Source of the DNA: Isurus oxyrinchus
Lineage: Eukaryota
Reading direction: 5' to 3'
Length of the DNA stretch: 64,000 nt
NCBI GenBank assembly: GCA_026770705.1
Contig: JANJGN010000121.1
Span: 1,054,001-1,118,000, forward strand
Positions 1 through 12,802 of the stretch are shown piece by piece. Under the pieces are notes generated by a model. That model ran no database searches. It was not told the DNA's origin and worked only from the letters and a program-made list of their open reading frames with translations. A program made the translations under genes and the position numbers. Numbering within the stretch: position 1 is the stretch's first letter; each line of letters opens with the position of its first letter.

Positions 1-339
1 CATGACTATGCCAATCATGTCCAGTTTCCTGTCTTCCTGGCCTCCTTTCCACCTTCCCGCTGACATTTAGCATGACTGATGTTGCAAATGTGACGTGAGA
101 AAAAACTTTTTCACACAACTAAGTTTTGGGCCTGGAATGCACGGCCTGGAAGTGTTGTGGAGGCAGGTTCAATCGAGGCATTCAGGAGGGCATTAGATGG
201 TTATTTGGATAGAGAAAAGGTGCAGGGGCATGGGGAAAGGCAGGGCAATGACACTAGGTCATGATGCTCATTTGGAGAGCTGGGAAAGACACGATGGGCT
301 GAATGGCCTCCTGCTGTGCCATTAAGACTCTGTGATCCT

Positions 340-2140
340 GCAGAGGAGACTCTGAAAGGCAAACCGGTTTATTGATACAACCCTTTGTGTGTATTAATTG
401 TGACAAACTTCTGGGAGGCCTTCTCGAACTCCAATTGTTGATAAGCATGGCTCATATCAGCTCCGTGTAGGCCGTTCCAGTCAATTCTTGTCATCTCCAC
501 AAACACTTTGGCCAGGCTCAGGTCCAGGGACTATTGGTGCTGCCCATTCTGAGGACAGCACAGATTGTATCCCTCCCAGTTTCTAGAACCTGCCCAATTC
601 AGCATCTGCCTTTTCCCACATTGCATAAGGTACTGGTCGTGCCTTCATAAATCAGAGGGGTAGAGTCTGGATCCACATGAATTTTTGCTTGCAGCCCCTG
701 GATCTCCCCGAGTTCATCTTGGAAAACTGAGATGTATTTTTGTAGTAGCTCAGGTAGCCCACTGGCTCTCAGTTGGAAGATCTCAGACCAATCCAGTTTA
801 ATATCTTTCAGCCAGTTTCGTCCAAGGAGGCTTGGTCCCTCACCAGCTCCCATCATCAAGGGTCATTTTACTGATTGACTTCCATACTGTATAACAACCC
901 TGCTTATGTCTTTGGCTTGAATGTCTTCTCCCGTGTAAGTTTTCAATTAGTCATCTGTTTCTTCCAAATTTAATTGACTTTCCCCATGATTCCAGTATTT
1001 GAAAGTATGCTCACCAATTAGCGTAGTGTTAGCTCCTGTGTCCACCCCCATTCTGAGAGCTCTATCATTCACCCTCACTGTTACATAGATTGGCTCTGTT
1101 CTTCCTACCTTTAAATTATACAATGAATAACTATCTGAATCTGTTACTTCAGGCTCTTCTATGTTATGGATCTCACAGGGTTTTCTCTCTTGATTGAAAC
1201 TCTGCCTGATTCTATCCTTGCAATCTCTCATGGGCTCTCTGTTTCGATGACAGTAAAAACAATTGATTTTTTTAAAGTTCCATTCTACGATGTTGTCTGC
1301 TTCACCTCTGTTCCCATTATTCCATGTTTTCTCTGCTAAGTCATTCCTTTTTATTTGCTGCTAGTGGTGGAGGTTTCCCGCTTCTCATCAGAGCTGTACA
1401 TTTTCCCACACTTCTTGGCTGAGGCTCCTCACCCAACATGAGGACGGTGACATTTTGTACTCTCCATATGTTTTTCGAGTCCCTCAATGCTCTTTCCATA
1501 GCCAGCACTATTCCCAGCACCTTCTGAATATCCAAATCTGTTTCAGACAGTAATCTCTTCTGAATCGAATCTTCATTTGTACTGCACACCAGTTGATCTC
1601 TCAGCATATCATTTATAGATTTACCAAACTCACAATGTCCTATTAACTGTTTCAGACTTTCCACATAACATGCAGCTGCCTCCCCTGGGACTCTATTTCT
1701 TGAGTTAAATTTGGACCGTTGCATCGTTACCGAGGGCTGGGGCTGGGAAGGAATCTTCACAAGGTTCACTATATCATCTAAACTTTTTGAATCCATGGCA
1801 CCGGGTGACATTAAAGTTCGCATCAATCCCTAAGTCTTACTCCCACACGTGGATAAGAGGGTCGCTCGCCTCTTCTCCTCCCCATCAATGTCATTCACTT
1901 GGAAAAAGAACGCGAGGAGTTCACCATAATGAGACCAATCGCCCACCGTTGGGTCGAAAGGATCAACTCTTCCAAACTGCAGCATTCTTCGAGGGGACTG
2001 CTTCGGTTATTAGGATGGAAATTATATTTATAATCACTGCGTGAGGCACAGCCCGATTTCGGTTCCCTTGCTCTCATTCCTTGATTTTTCTTCCTTGTTT
2101 TTCACCTCATCACCAGTTTATTCAACCCTTGTCACTACTT
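340..2140 (-). mobile_element. Degenerate Ty3/Gypsy LTR retrotransposon (gag, protease and downstream fragments)
   Basis: ORF 1341..1826 is gag-like (RSKFNSRNRVPGE, DMLRDQLVC); 947..1231 has aspartic protease VDTGA; 599..859 has GPSLLGRNWL; many stops and frameshifts. Confidence 0.85.
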
Positions 2141-2144
2141 TAGT

Positions 2145-2460
2145 TTGCACTCCCTCGGTACTGAGCCTGCGACAGTGCAGCATTCCCTGGGTACGGACCC
2201 TCCGACTGTGCAGTGGTCCCTTAGTCATGAGCCCCTGATAGTGCAGCAGCCCCTAGGTACTGATGCTCGAAAAGTGTAGCGCTCCCTCAGCATTGACCAT
2301 CTGACAGTGCAGCACTCCTTCAGCACTGGCACACCCAGAGTGCAACACTCGCAGTACAGACCCTCCGACAGTGCAGCACTAAGTCAGTGCTGACCGTCCA
2401 ACAGTGCAACACTCCCTCAGTACTGACTCTCCGACTGTGCAGGACTCTCAGTCCTGACAC
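2145..2460 (+). repeat. Degenerate 33-bp minisatellite (CAGTGCAGCACTCCCTCAGTACTGACCCTCCGA family)
   Basis: Head-to-tail diverged units; same family recurs throughout the window. Confidence 0.85.
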
Positions 2461-2749
2461 CGAGTGCCGGTCTGGTTTGCCAGCCTGAATTTTGCCAAAT
2501 GAATTTCGAACTGACGACCTTCTCACTCAGAGAGAGAGAGAGGGTTCGAAATCCAGTGACACACAGGAGAAATTCCTGGTCAATGACTTTCCACTTTTGA
2601 GCAGAAATATCATCACAAGTCCAGAACGCAAAGGGTTAACAGCTTCAAAAAACTCTAAACACGAGCTGTTCTGTCACTTTGATGCAACTTCTTCATTTTG
2701 TCTCACAGTGACACATCAACCCTTTCTCATAAATACACAGAGGGAGCAG

Positions 2750-2825
2750 CACAGGAAGAGGTCATTCAGCCCAAGCAGAGCGTGTGGGCAGTTCCTCCCC
2801 AGGCGAGCAGTCGGACAGGTCCTGG
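2750..2825 (+). other. Candidate non-coding first exon/promoter of gene A
   Basis: Consensus donor TGG|GTAAGT at 2826 upstream of the leader exon; ETS-like ACAGGAAG at 2751; start point not determinable. Confidence 0.35.
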
Positions 2826-3233
2826 GTAAGTAACGGAACGATTGGAATTCACTTCCACCACCAACACCGTCCTTTGTTGATGTTGTGACTTTATAAAGAC
2901 AGATTCCAATGATTGATGCCTTTGAAAGATTTCTACTGGTTCTTGAGATCTGGGTGTGAGGCTCAAGTCTGTTGTACAGAACATCTTTCTAGCTCAAGGG
3001 ATGATGGAAGTGCAGGGACATGAGCTTTGGGACATCCTGAGGTGGTGAAAGGTGCTATAGAAATGCAAGTCCTTCATTGATTTATTTTTTTAAAGCTTTT
3101 TAACTCTCTGCAGAGCACCTGTCATCCCACAGAGAACCAAATTAGTCTCAGAGGACATTGTCTAAAAGCAGTTCTGATCTCTCGAGAGCTGTCGGACAAG
3201 AGGTGAGGTCTCATTAACTCCTTTCTCTTTCAG

Positions 3234-3315
3234 AGTTTGAGAGTCAGAAGCTAAAGGAATATCTGGGAGTGGACAATAATTGGGAAATATTACTGCCTCC
3301 TGTCACTTCTCCAAG
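3234..3315 (+). pseudogene. Gene A leader (signal peptide) exon, apparent start codon reads ATA
   Basis: Acceptor ctttctctttcag ending 3233, donor G|GTAAT at 3316; 3276-3315 reads (I)IGKYYCLLSLLQ + phase 1, joining in frame to VGLSQEW; same SLLQ ending as gene C leader; in-frame TAA at 3252. Confidence 0.75.
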
Positions 3316-4180
3316 GTAATATCATCGTCAGCTCAGACAGATTTATGGTTAATAGTCTTCGTAAAAGATCATTCTTATTGAGCTGTGATTCGGAACCAAT
3401 TCAGCAGTGACCCAGTGCACAAACTCACACCAACTCCCATTCACCCATCACCCCTGTGCTCCCTGATATACACTGACTCCCTGTCTGACAGCAGAATTGG
3501 GGGAGTGCAGAGATCACAGAGGGTTGTAGGTTTGAGTAGGTTACAGACACAGGGAGTGGAGCGGAGTGATGGAGGAATTGGAAATCAAGTGTGATAAATA
3601 ATCACATCGAGGTGTTGTTGGACTGGGAGCCAGTGTAGGTCAGCGAGTGACTTGTGGGGTCGGGGTGGGTGTGTGCGGAGGTGAAAGCTTGAGTGGAAAA
3701 TTGGACACAAAATTCAGGGGATGAAGTCTATCTTGTGGCTAGCACTCTGACAGCAATGGCCTGAAATTAGTGTCTTTTGCTGATTTTAGTCAGAATTTCC
3801 CATGAAGACAACACAGCAGCTCCTAGAATAGACAGGCTGTTCAGTGTCACACTTCCTGTCCATTCTCACCATGCTAGATACTTCAATAAGGGAGCAAGAT
3901 AACTGAAAGAGAGAAGGAAGGTAAAGCTGTCCGTGTGTAAAGGTGTCAATATTCAGTTTGTATATTTGTCTTTCTCTCGACACATGCAGAGCTCAGGCTA
4001 GAGGCACTGTGTTAGTGTGTTTCACAGTGTCTGCTGGAGTAGGGTCAGTGCTGAGCTTGGGGACAAGTCAGTCTACAATGCTGCATCGGAATCAACAATA
4101 CAACAATATGGGGTTTGGATCAGAAATAATCCCTTAGACAATGAGGATCCAGGGTTAAATATTGATATTTCTCTCCACAG

Positions 4181-4549
4181 TTGGACTGTCACAAGAGTGG
4201 AAAGGTGAAACTCCACGAGAGGTGACAGCGCAGGAAGGTTCGTGTGTACAGATTCCATGTCATTACAGTTATCCATCGTGTCTGGAAAACCAACAACGAG
4301 GTGGAGTCTGGTTTAATAATGAGGAACAGATTCCCTGGGCTCCCATTGCCTTTCACTCCAAGGATCACAGTCACGAGTTACCACGGTTCCACCATCGGAC
4401 CCGGCTGTCTGGAGACCTGAAAGATGGCGACTGTTCCCTGATTATAAACAACATCAGACGGGAAGATGCAGGACCTTATTATTTCAGAATAGAATTTGAC
4501 AATGGTCCGAGCCATAACTATTACCCTGTAACCCAGCTTCACATTTCTG
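4181..4549 (+). CDS. Gene A exon: Siglec V-set Ig domain with the essential Arg
   Basis: 369-bp phase 1-1 exon (ctctccacag| ... G|GTAAGT); CVQIPC, GDCSL, EDAGPYYFRIE motifs give the Siglec Cys pattern and F-strand Arg. Confidence 0.95.
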
Positions 4550-5863
4550 GTAAGTGCTGTGTTATAATTACTCAACAATTCACATTCAACACTCAATGGG
4601 AAATAACACAAACTGTGACGTTTACATATTAACACAAAATACAGTTTATTATAACAGACTGTCTGATTCTCAATAACCTGGTGATAGCTTCCAGTTCAGT
4701 CCTAAAGCAACCTCTAATACTCACTTTAATATCAATGATTAAATGTATTGACTGTGTCCATCAATGTTATCAGGTTATCCACTCCCATTAGTCTCCCTAA
4801 TGCTTTTTAAATGTCTAACAATATGACAAACGAAGGATGTGCATTCCTATAGCGCCTTACACCACCTCAGCAAACTTCAAATCACTTCACAGACAATGAA
4901 GAAATTCTTGAAGTATAGTCACTGTCTAACGTGGCAGTGAGTTTGTGCACAGGAAGATCCCATAGAGAGCAATGGGATCAGTGACCCAGATCTCTGAGAG
5001 AATGATGAGCCAGGGTTCCATGAGCTGTGGACTGCTCCATCACCCACACCCCAGTGTTGGCAATTCAAGGGTCTGGGAGTGAAAGTGTATTCAGCTCAGT
5101 GACACATTCCCCACCAAGTTTGAAAATAGGAAAGTTGCTGCTGATTGTTGTGACCTCTCAGTTCCCATCTCATCCTTGGAAACCTGCTTTCAAAATACAA
5201 AACCAAGTCTCGCATTTCCATAGCGCCTTTCACCACCTCAGGACGATCCTAAATCGATTCACAGCCAATGAAGTGATTCTTGAAGCACACATTCTCCCCA
5301 CTCTCTGGTTAAAGAAGTTTCTCCTGAATTCCCCATTGGATTTATTAGTGAGGATCTTATATTGTCAGCCTCTGGTTTTGTTCATTGTGAGGAGTGGAAA
5401 CACTCTCTCCATGTCTACTCGATCAAAACCTTTCACTACTTCAAAGGTCAAATGAGGCCACCCCTCAACCTTCTCTGTTCAAGAGAACAGAGACCCAGCC
5501 TGTACATCCTCTCCTGATAGGTAAAGCCTCACATTGCTGAGATCATCTTGTGAAGCTTTTTACCACCCTCTCCAGTGTCTCCATATCCTTTTCCAAATGC
5601 TGAGTCTGTTCTCCCCGAGCTGTGAGCTGTTCCTCCACCCTCACCCAGTCTGGTCAAATCAAGGGTCACTGAGTGAGCGTGTATTAATCTGAGTGACAGA
5701 GATTCAACAAGTGTAAAAATAGACAATTCTTTAATGATCATTGTAACCTCTCAGTTCTGATATCATCCTTGTAAAAGTGCTTTCTCGTGTGGGACTGTGG
5801 TTTCTATTTGAACTGATGCTTCACGTTATATTTCTCTAAAAGGATCCATTCTCTGTGTGTTAG

Positions 5864-6160
5864 ATTTCACAGATAAACCCACGATATTCCCTGCTGAAAT
5901 TATTGCAGGAAAGCGTGTGGATGTAAGCTGCACCTTCAACACAACGTGCAATGGAACAGCAGCACCTGTCTTAACCTGGGACACTCCCACTGACGTACCT
6001 GGATCAGTCTCAAACACTGTAACTCAGCATGGTGTCACTCTGACCTATACTTCTGTTCTGACCCTGATCCCATCACTCAAACACCACGGACACACTCTCA
6101 GCTGCAGAGTGAGATATCCATCTGTTTCATCGGAGCGGACCCTCGTACTGACTGTGCTAT
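5864..6160 (+). CDS. Gene A exon: Siglec domain 2 (C2-set)
   Basis: 297-bp phase 1-1 exon; DFTDKP, CTFNTTC (inter-domain Cys), PVLTW, HHGHTLSCRV. Confidence 0.95.
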
Positions 6161-6329
6161 GTAAGTACAAACACCCTTCAATCTACATTAGTTGGAATAG
6201 TATCAAATGTGCACAGCAAGCTCCCACATACTGCACTTTGTTTATAAACAAACCATTGGTATTTAACTGGTAAAAAGTGACCCCTGACAGGCAGTACATC
6301 CTTACTACTGACTCTCCGACAGTGCATCA

Positions 6330-8060
6330 TGGACTCATAGACTCATAGACACTTACAGGACAGAAGGAGGCCATTTAGCCCATCATGTCCATGCTGGTCA
6401 GCAACTCCCTCCCCAAGTGCATCACCTCACATTTTTCCAGGTTGAATTCCATTTGCATCGTGATCATTTCCCCTTTATATAAGTCCAATTCATTTATATA
6501 CACCACAAACAGCAAGTGCCCCAGCACTTTGCCCTGTGGAACCCCACTGGAAACAGACATCCAGTCACAGAAACATCCCTCCACCATCACCCTCTGCTTC
6601 CTGCCTCAGCCAATATTGGATCCAACGTGCCACTTTGCCTTGGATCCCATGGGCTCTTACTTTCTTGGCCTCTCTGCCAAGAGGCACCTGATCAAAAGCC
6701 TTCCTCAGCCCATGTCGACCACATCAAAGGCATTACTCTCATCAACACTCCTGGTTACCTCCTCAAAAGATTTGATCAGGTTTGTCAAACATGACCTTCC
6801 CTTAACAAATCCATGCTGAATATCCCAGATTAATCCTTGTCTCTCCCAGTGCAGATTCATTCTGTCCTTCAGAATTCTTACTAGTAACTTCCCCACCACC
6901 GAGGTTAGACTGACTGGCCTGTAATTTCCTGATCTATCCCTTCCTCCCTTTTTTAATAATGGGACAACATTAGCCATCCTCCAGTCCTCTGGCACCTCAC
7001 CTGTGGCCAGAGAGGATTTGAAAATTACTGCCAGGGCCCCTGATATCTCTTCCCTTTCCTCCTTCAACAGTTTTGGATTCATCTCATCTGGGCTTGTGGA
7101 TTTATCCACTTTTCAGGCCACTAAACCCACTAGTACCTCCTCTCTCTGTGTTAATTTCCTCTCATATTTCACTGCCCTCCACCCTGATGTTATACCTGCA
7201 TCATCCTTTTCCATTGTGAAGACTGATGCAAAGTATTCATTGAGGACTGTACCCACGTCTTCCAGGTCCACACACACATTACCTCGATGGTCCCTAATCA
7301 GCCCCACTCTTTCCCGAGTTATTCTCCGGCTCTTTACATATTTAAAAAACCCCTCTGGGTTTTGCTTTATTCTACTCACCAGTGCTTTCTCATGCACTCT
7401 CTTATCTTTCCTAATGTCCTTTTTCAGTTCCCCTCTGCACTATTTATACTCCTCTAGGGACTCTGCTGTATTGAGCCCTCAGTATCTGCCATCAGCTTCT
7501 CTTTTTTCTCAATCCTAACCTTTATGTTCCTTGTCTTCCAGGGTTCTCCAGACTTGGTCTCCCTCTTTGTCTTTACAGGAAGATATCTGCTCTGTACTCT
7601 CGCTATTCCCTCCTTGAATGCCTCCCACTGCTCTGACACAGTTTTATCTGCAAAGAGCTTCTCCCAGTCCACTTGGGCCCAATCATATCTCATCTTAGTA
7701 AAATTAGCCTTTCCCCAGTTTAGAATTTTTATTCCCAGCACAAACTTATCCTTCTCCATAACTGTCCTAAATCCAATTGAGTTACAGTCACTATCTCCCC
7801 TACTGATACGCTTTCCAACTTCCCCGGCGCTTTTCCATATATTAGGTCCAGAACTGTCCCCTCCCTTGTTGAGCTTTCTATGCACAGGCTAAAAATCTTC
7901 TCCTGGATGCAACTTCAGAATTTTTCTCCCTCCCTACCTTGCTCACTAAAGCTGTCCCAGTTAATATTTGGGTAGTTAAAATCCCTGAGTATTACTGCTT
8001 TATTATTCTTACACATCTCTGAAATGTGATCACATGTTGGATTGTCCATCTCTCCCTGAC
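6330..8060 (-). mobile_element. CR1-type LINE fragment (ORF2 remnants) in gene A intron
   Basis: ORF 6705..7109 (PEDWRMANVVPL, NYRPVSLTSV, QHGFVKGRSCLTNL) and 6375..6590 (SGVPQG..YINEL). Confidence 0.9.
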
Positions 8061-8148
8061 TGTTTGTTGGTTTTATATCTTGAGTCTATGAGTTCACTGG
8101 TTGAGTAAACTCGAATTGCACTCCTTCATATACACTTGTTAGTTGATA

Positions 8149-8350
8149 AAAACAAAAAAACTGCGGATGCTGGAAATCCAAAACAAAAACAGAGTTACCT
8201 GGAAAAACTCAGCAGGTCTGGCAGCATCGGCGGAGAAGAAAAGTGTTGACGTTTCGAGTCCTCATGACCTCAGTTCTGTCGAAGGGTCATGAGGACTCGA
8301 AACATCAACTCTTTTCTTCTCCCCCGATGCTGCCAGACCTGCTGAGTTCT
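8149..8350. repeat. Palindromic dispersed element (probable Penelope-type terminal sequence)
   Basis: Inverted repeat centred on TTTCGAGTCCTCATGACC...GGTCATGAGGACTCGAAA; partial copies at ~13255-13350, 20281-20430, 27395-27480 and next to the Penelope ORF at ~47120-47187. Confidence 0.6.
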
Positions 8351-8617
8351 TCTTAGCTGATGCTCGCTATCAATAACCAAGAGAGACCGACATTAGAACA
8401 AGCTGATTATTTATTGTAACAGAGGGCAGAGCACTAAATCCTTGCCTGCTCCCACAGCCACCTCCAGCTCTAGACTTACAGTTAACCAGTGGCCCACACT
8501 GTCCAGTGATTGGTCAGTACTGTCACATGGTTTATCCACTTGTATTCTCTTAAAGGTACCTGGCACTCCACATTATCACAGGAGGCCTATAGTACACACA
8601 TAACAGCGTGTTTGCCT

Positions 8618-9120
8618 CCTCAGCACTGACCCTTCTACAGTGCAGCACTCCCTCATTACTGACTCTCTAATAGTGTAATGATCCCTCAGTAGTGCTCCTC
8701 CAACATTGCACTGGTCAATCAGAACTGACGCTCTGACTGTGCAGTTTTACCTCAGCAGTAACCCTCCTACAGTGCAGGGCTCCCACAGTACTGTCCCTCC
8801 TACAGTGCAGCGCTCCCACAGTACTGTCCCTCCTACAGTGCAGCACTCCCTGTCCCTCCTACAGTGCAGCACTCCCTCAGAAGCGAACATTTGACAGTGC
8901 AGCACTCCTTCAGTAATGACCCTCCAACAGTGCAGATCTCCCTCACTACTGACCCTCCGACAGTGCAGCATCCCCTCAGGACTGACCCTCTGACAGTGCA
9001 GCACTCCCTCAGTACTGAACCTCTGGCAGTGCCACACTCCCTCAGTACTGACACACTGACAGTGCAGCACTCCCTCAGTACTGACCCTCTGACAGTGCAG
9101 CACGCCCTCAATACTGAACT
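8618..9120 (+). repeat. 33-bp minisatellite array
   Basis: Tandem units; source of spurious TVQHSLSTDP-type ORFs. Confidence 0.9.
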
Positions 9121-9249
9121 GAAGTGTCTGCCTGGATTACGGGCTATGTGGTGAAAGAACGTACATTGACATCACACCTTTCACATTCTCAGTGTCTTTC
9201 AAAGTGCTTCACAGTCAGTGTAAGTTAACTGATCTGTATTTGTTTTTAG

Positions 9250-9531
9250 ACGCACCACGGAATCTCTCAATTTCTTCTCCAGATATGATTAACGCTTCAT
9301 CGATCAATATAATTGAGGGGAATTCTGCAGTGATAATCTGCTCTGTCGAGAGCTCCCCAGCTTCTAACCTGACGTGGCGACATCTTAATGTCCCAATGAA
9401 CAGAACAAGTTCCAACAATGAGCTGTGGTTGGTGATTCCTCACGTTACATCCAGGGACACTGGAGAATATCAGTGTGTGGCAGAGAATGAACATGGAGCA
9501 GTGGAGGGGTTCATAACCATCACTGTGGAAT
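9250..9531 (+). CDS. Gene A exon: third Ig domain (C2/I-type)
   Basis: 282-bp phase 1-1 exon; YAPRNL, CSVESSPASNLTW, DTGEYQCVAEN. Confidence 0.93.
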
Positions 9532-11237
9532 GTGAGTGTACACAGACTTTAATATTTCTCTCATCTCCAAACACAAATATTCAGATGCTCTCCCACGCAC
9601 ACACACACAAGCACTCACAAATGTACAGACCCAAAGTGCATGCACACACACAATCCCACACTCATGAGCACACAGAAAGACACACTCACACACTAACTCA
9701 GTAGTACACACTCCCCTGTGAGTTACCTGACCTCCCTCAGTACTGCACTGGAGAGTTCTCCTGGATTCTGGGATATGTGTTCCCATTCATATTTATCGAA
9801 GAATATCCAAATTACAAAGTCTATTCCAGAAACTCACATGCACAAAGATTCCAACTGATACTCCCCACCTCTCCGTGTATCTCTCTCCTCCTTTAAGAAG
9901 CTTCCTAATCCCTAACTCTTGCCTGTCCTAACTCCTCCTTATAATGCCCTGTGACAAATTTTTTGTGTATCTGAGAGAAAGGGAGAGATAAGGAAGTTTA
10001 GGAAGGGATTTCCTGTTAGTGAAGAGCTTACTTCATTTTCTCACCTTTCCAGTGTTCAGTTTTGCCATCATGTCCAATGACCCTGTTTATAATGGGGGCA
10101 ACATATGTAAACGTCACACTGTCTTTACATCCTCCCACCAGTGATGGCACTGTGGTGCTTAACCTTGCACCTCCCAGCTTTTCAGCCAACTTCACTTCAC
10201 AATTTGCAACACATGCTGTAAGTTCATCGAAATTAACATATATATCAAATGGTAGATTTGATAATACAGTTTATTGAAAGATTCATCCGCGCTCTGGGAA
10301 GGGTTTACACTCTCCAGGAAGCAGGAATAGGCTGGATGTTGGGGAGTTCATCTTTTCCCAGAGAGTAGGGATCCTCGGGAATGTGCTGTCAGTGGGTGTG
10401 GTGGTTGCTGTCTCTCTGTTGCCTTCAAGAGGGATCTGGAGCGGTTACTAACTGGGGGAGAGATCATAGAAGCGGAGAATGATACAGCACAGGAGGAGGC
10501 CATTCAGCCCATTGTGCCTGTGCCAGGTCTTTCAATGTTCTATCCAATCAGATCCACTAACCACCACTCCACTTTGCCCCCATCTTCCTCCTTCAAGTGT
10601 TAATCCAATTTCCCTTTTGAAAGTTCCTATTGAATCTGCTTCCACCGCCCTTTCAGGCAGCACCTTCCAGATCACAACAACTCGCTCTATCAAAACAAAT
10701 TCTCCTCATCTCCCCCTCCGGTTCGTCAATCTGTGTCCCTCTGGTTACCGACCCTCCTGCCCCTTAAATACATCGATACTGTTCACCTCAACCACTCCCT
10801 GTGGGAGCGAGTTCCACATTCTCCCCTCTCTCTGGGTAAAGATTGGAACTGTTTATTAAGCGGGGTGAGTAAGTCCGTGAGGGAGTCCATCTCGATCCTG
10901 CCCGATTCGCACACGCGTCCGAGATGGATTTCCACGCTGCACTAAACATTTCCAGAATTTTCTACAGCACAATCCTGTACACAGCGATGGAGAGAAACAT
11001 TGGACAGGGAGTCCAACAGCACAATGATCCATTCTCACCAATGTTCCACGCTAAGGGGAAAGTTCCGATTGTCCACTCTTAGAGTGTTTACAATGAAAAC
11101 ATTCATTCCACATTGAATCCCAGTGGATGGGTCAATATTACAGCAAATGTTGCAGTGATATGAAGCTTGATTGTTCAGCCAGAGTGAGAGATTGAAAGCG
11201 GAGAGTCAGTGATGATTTCTTTCTGTGTGTTCTCTAG

Positions 11238-11377
11238 ACAGTGGAGGAGAGATTCTGCACGTGATCCTGATCCTGGGAATACGAGCTGTGATATTCCTTG
11301 TGGCTGTGGTTATCACTATTGCTGGAGTCTGTGTCTGGGAGAGACAAACAGTGAAAGGAAGTCGACAGACTGTTTGA
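11238..11377 (+). CDS. Gene A exon: transmembrane helix with Arg plus short tail (activating-type)
   Basis: Acceptor ttctctag ending 11237; in phase it reads YSGGEILHVILILGIRAVIFLVAVVITIAGVCVWERQTVKGSRQTV*; Arg CGA 11282-11284, TGA 11375-11377; this frame is not in the ORF track. Confidence 0.85.
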
Positions 11378-11499
11378 AGCTTTGTACAGCAACAATCTGG
11401 TCAGTCAGTGCGGACAAATAACGTGTGATGTTGGGTTAAGTTGTAATGAAATTGGTCAGTGTCCTGGTTAGAATCACCTTCGTATCAGAGAGGCATTCC

Positions 11500-12095
11500 A
11501 GCACAGTGGGAGCCCATTCAGCCCATTGAGTCCATGCTGTCTCTCTGTAGAGCAATCCAGTCAGTCCCATTCCCCCGCTCTATCCCCGTATCCCTGTGAG
11601 TTTATTTCCCCTCAAGTGTCCAACCAATTTCCTTTTGAAATCGTTCATCGTCTCCGCTTCCACCATCCTCGTAGGCAGCGAGTTCCAGCTCATTACCACT
11701 CGCTGTGTAAAGAAGTTCCTCCTCACATCCCCCCTCTGCCCACAACCTTCAATCTGTGTCCCCCAGTCCTTGTACCATCAGCTAATGGCTACAGCTTCTC
11801 TTCGTCTACCGTATCTAAACCCATCATCATCTTGTACACCTCGATCAGATCCCCCCTCAATCTCCTTTGTTCCAAGGAGAACAACCCCAGCTTCTCCAAC
11901 CCAACCTTGTAGCTAAAATCCCTCATCCCTGGACCCATTCTGCTCAATCTCCTCCCCACCCTCTCAAGGACCCTCACTTCCTTCCCAAAGTGAGGAGACC
12001 AGAACTGGACACAATACTCTAGTTGTGACCTAACCAGAGCTTTATAAATGTTCAGCATAACCTCCCTGTGTTTGTACTCAATCCCTCAATTTATG
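11500..12095 (-). mobile_element. CR1-type LINE 3' fragment
   Basis: ORF 11789..12058 (YKALVRSQLEYCVQFWSP, RRLRGDLIEVYK). Confidence 0.9.
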
Positions 12096-12314
12096 AAAAG
12101 CTTATTCTTTCCATCAGCACAAACAGCAATTTCCAAGCGGACTCCCATCAGCAGACAGAGTGCAATGAAACATCGGCATGCCTGCTTCTTAATGTACGGA
12201 GAGAAACCTGGAACGAGAGATTCTCCTTCTTCTCCTCAGCAAGCTGAAACTTTTCCTTATACCTGGTGCTCCCCAGTCCTGCTGTGTGGACACATCATAA
12301 CCACGGCATTGTCT

Positions 12315-12460
12315 GGCTGTGTGCAGCCAACATGGTCGAATAGGAATGAACAGAAATGTGACGTTGCTAAACTCTGTTCTCTGATTGGAATGTGCTTTCT
12401 GAATGCTGCACCTTTTTCATGCTGCGATAGATTGTAAGAAGCATTTGGCTTATGAATAAA
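12315..12460 (+). terminator. Gene A 3' UTR segment with AATAAA (12455-12460)
   Basis: Homologous to the sequence just after the distal stop of gene B (38045-38190, minus strand). Confidence 0.7.
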
Positions 12461-12802
12461 ATTACTTTGATTAACTCAAGTGATTAAAATGCTCAGCCTG
12501 TTCTGTAGATATTTAAAGATTAAAATTCTTATTTTGCTGCAAAATTCTTGGCTCAAAGACATTACTTCATGTTGTCACGTTTTCCAATCAGATGAATTCC
12601 TCTGTCCATCTTTATAATAGAAATTTCCAATGTAAACATGTCACATTGTAGCTGCACACACTTGCCAGCGGCTGGTGTGATATCAAAGCTGTCTTGCTGT
12701 CGAGAAACAGCGAGAAATATTCCTGTTGTGTGCATGAACTTCATGTTAGCATGAGACACAGGCATCAGATGCAATTTTGTGCAATTTGTACAATGTTCTT
12801 TA

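Noticed and set aside
12048-12437. 129-aa ORF as the cytoplasmic tail of gene A
   Set aside because: It starts inside a CR1 fragment, needs a phase-1 donor that reads AAG|GAAGT (no GT), has no ITIM/ITAM and runs into UTR-homologous sequence
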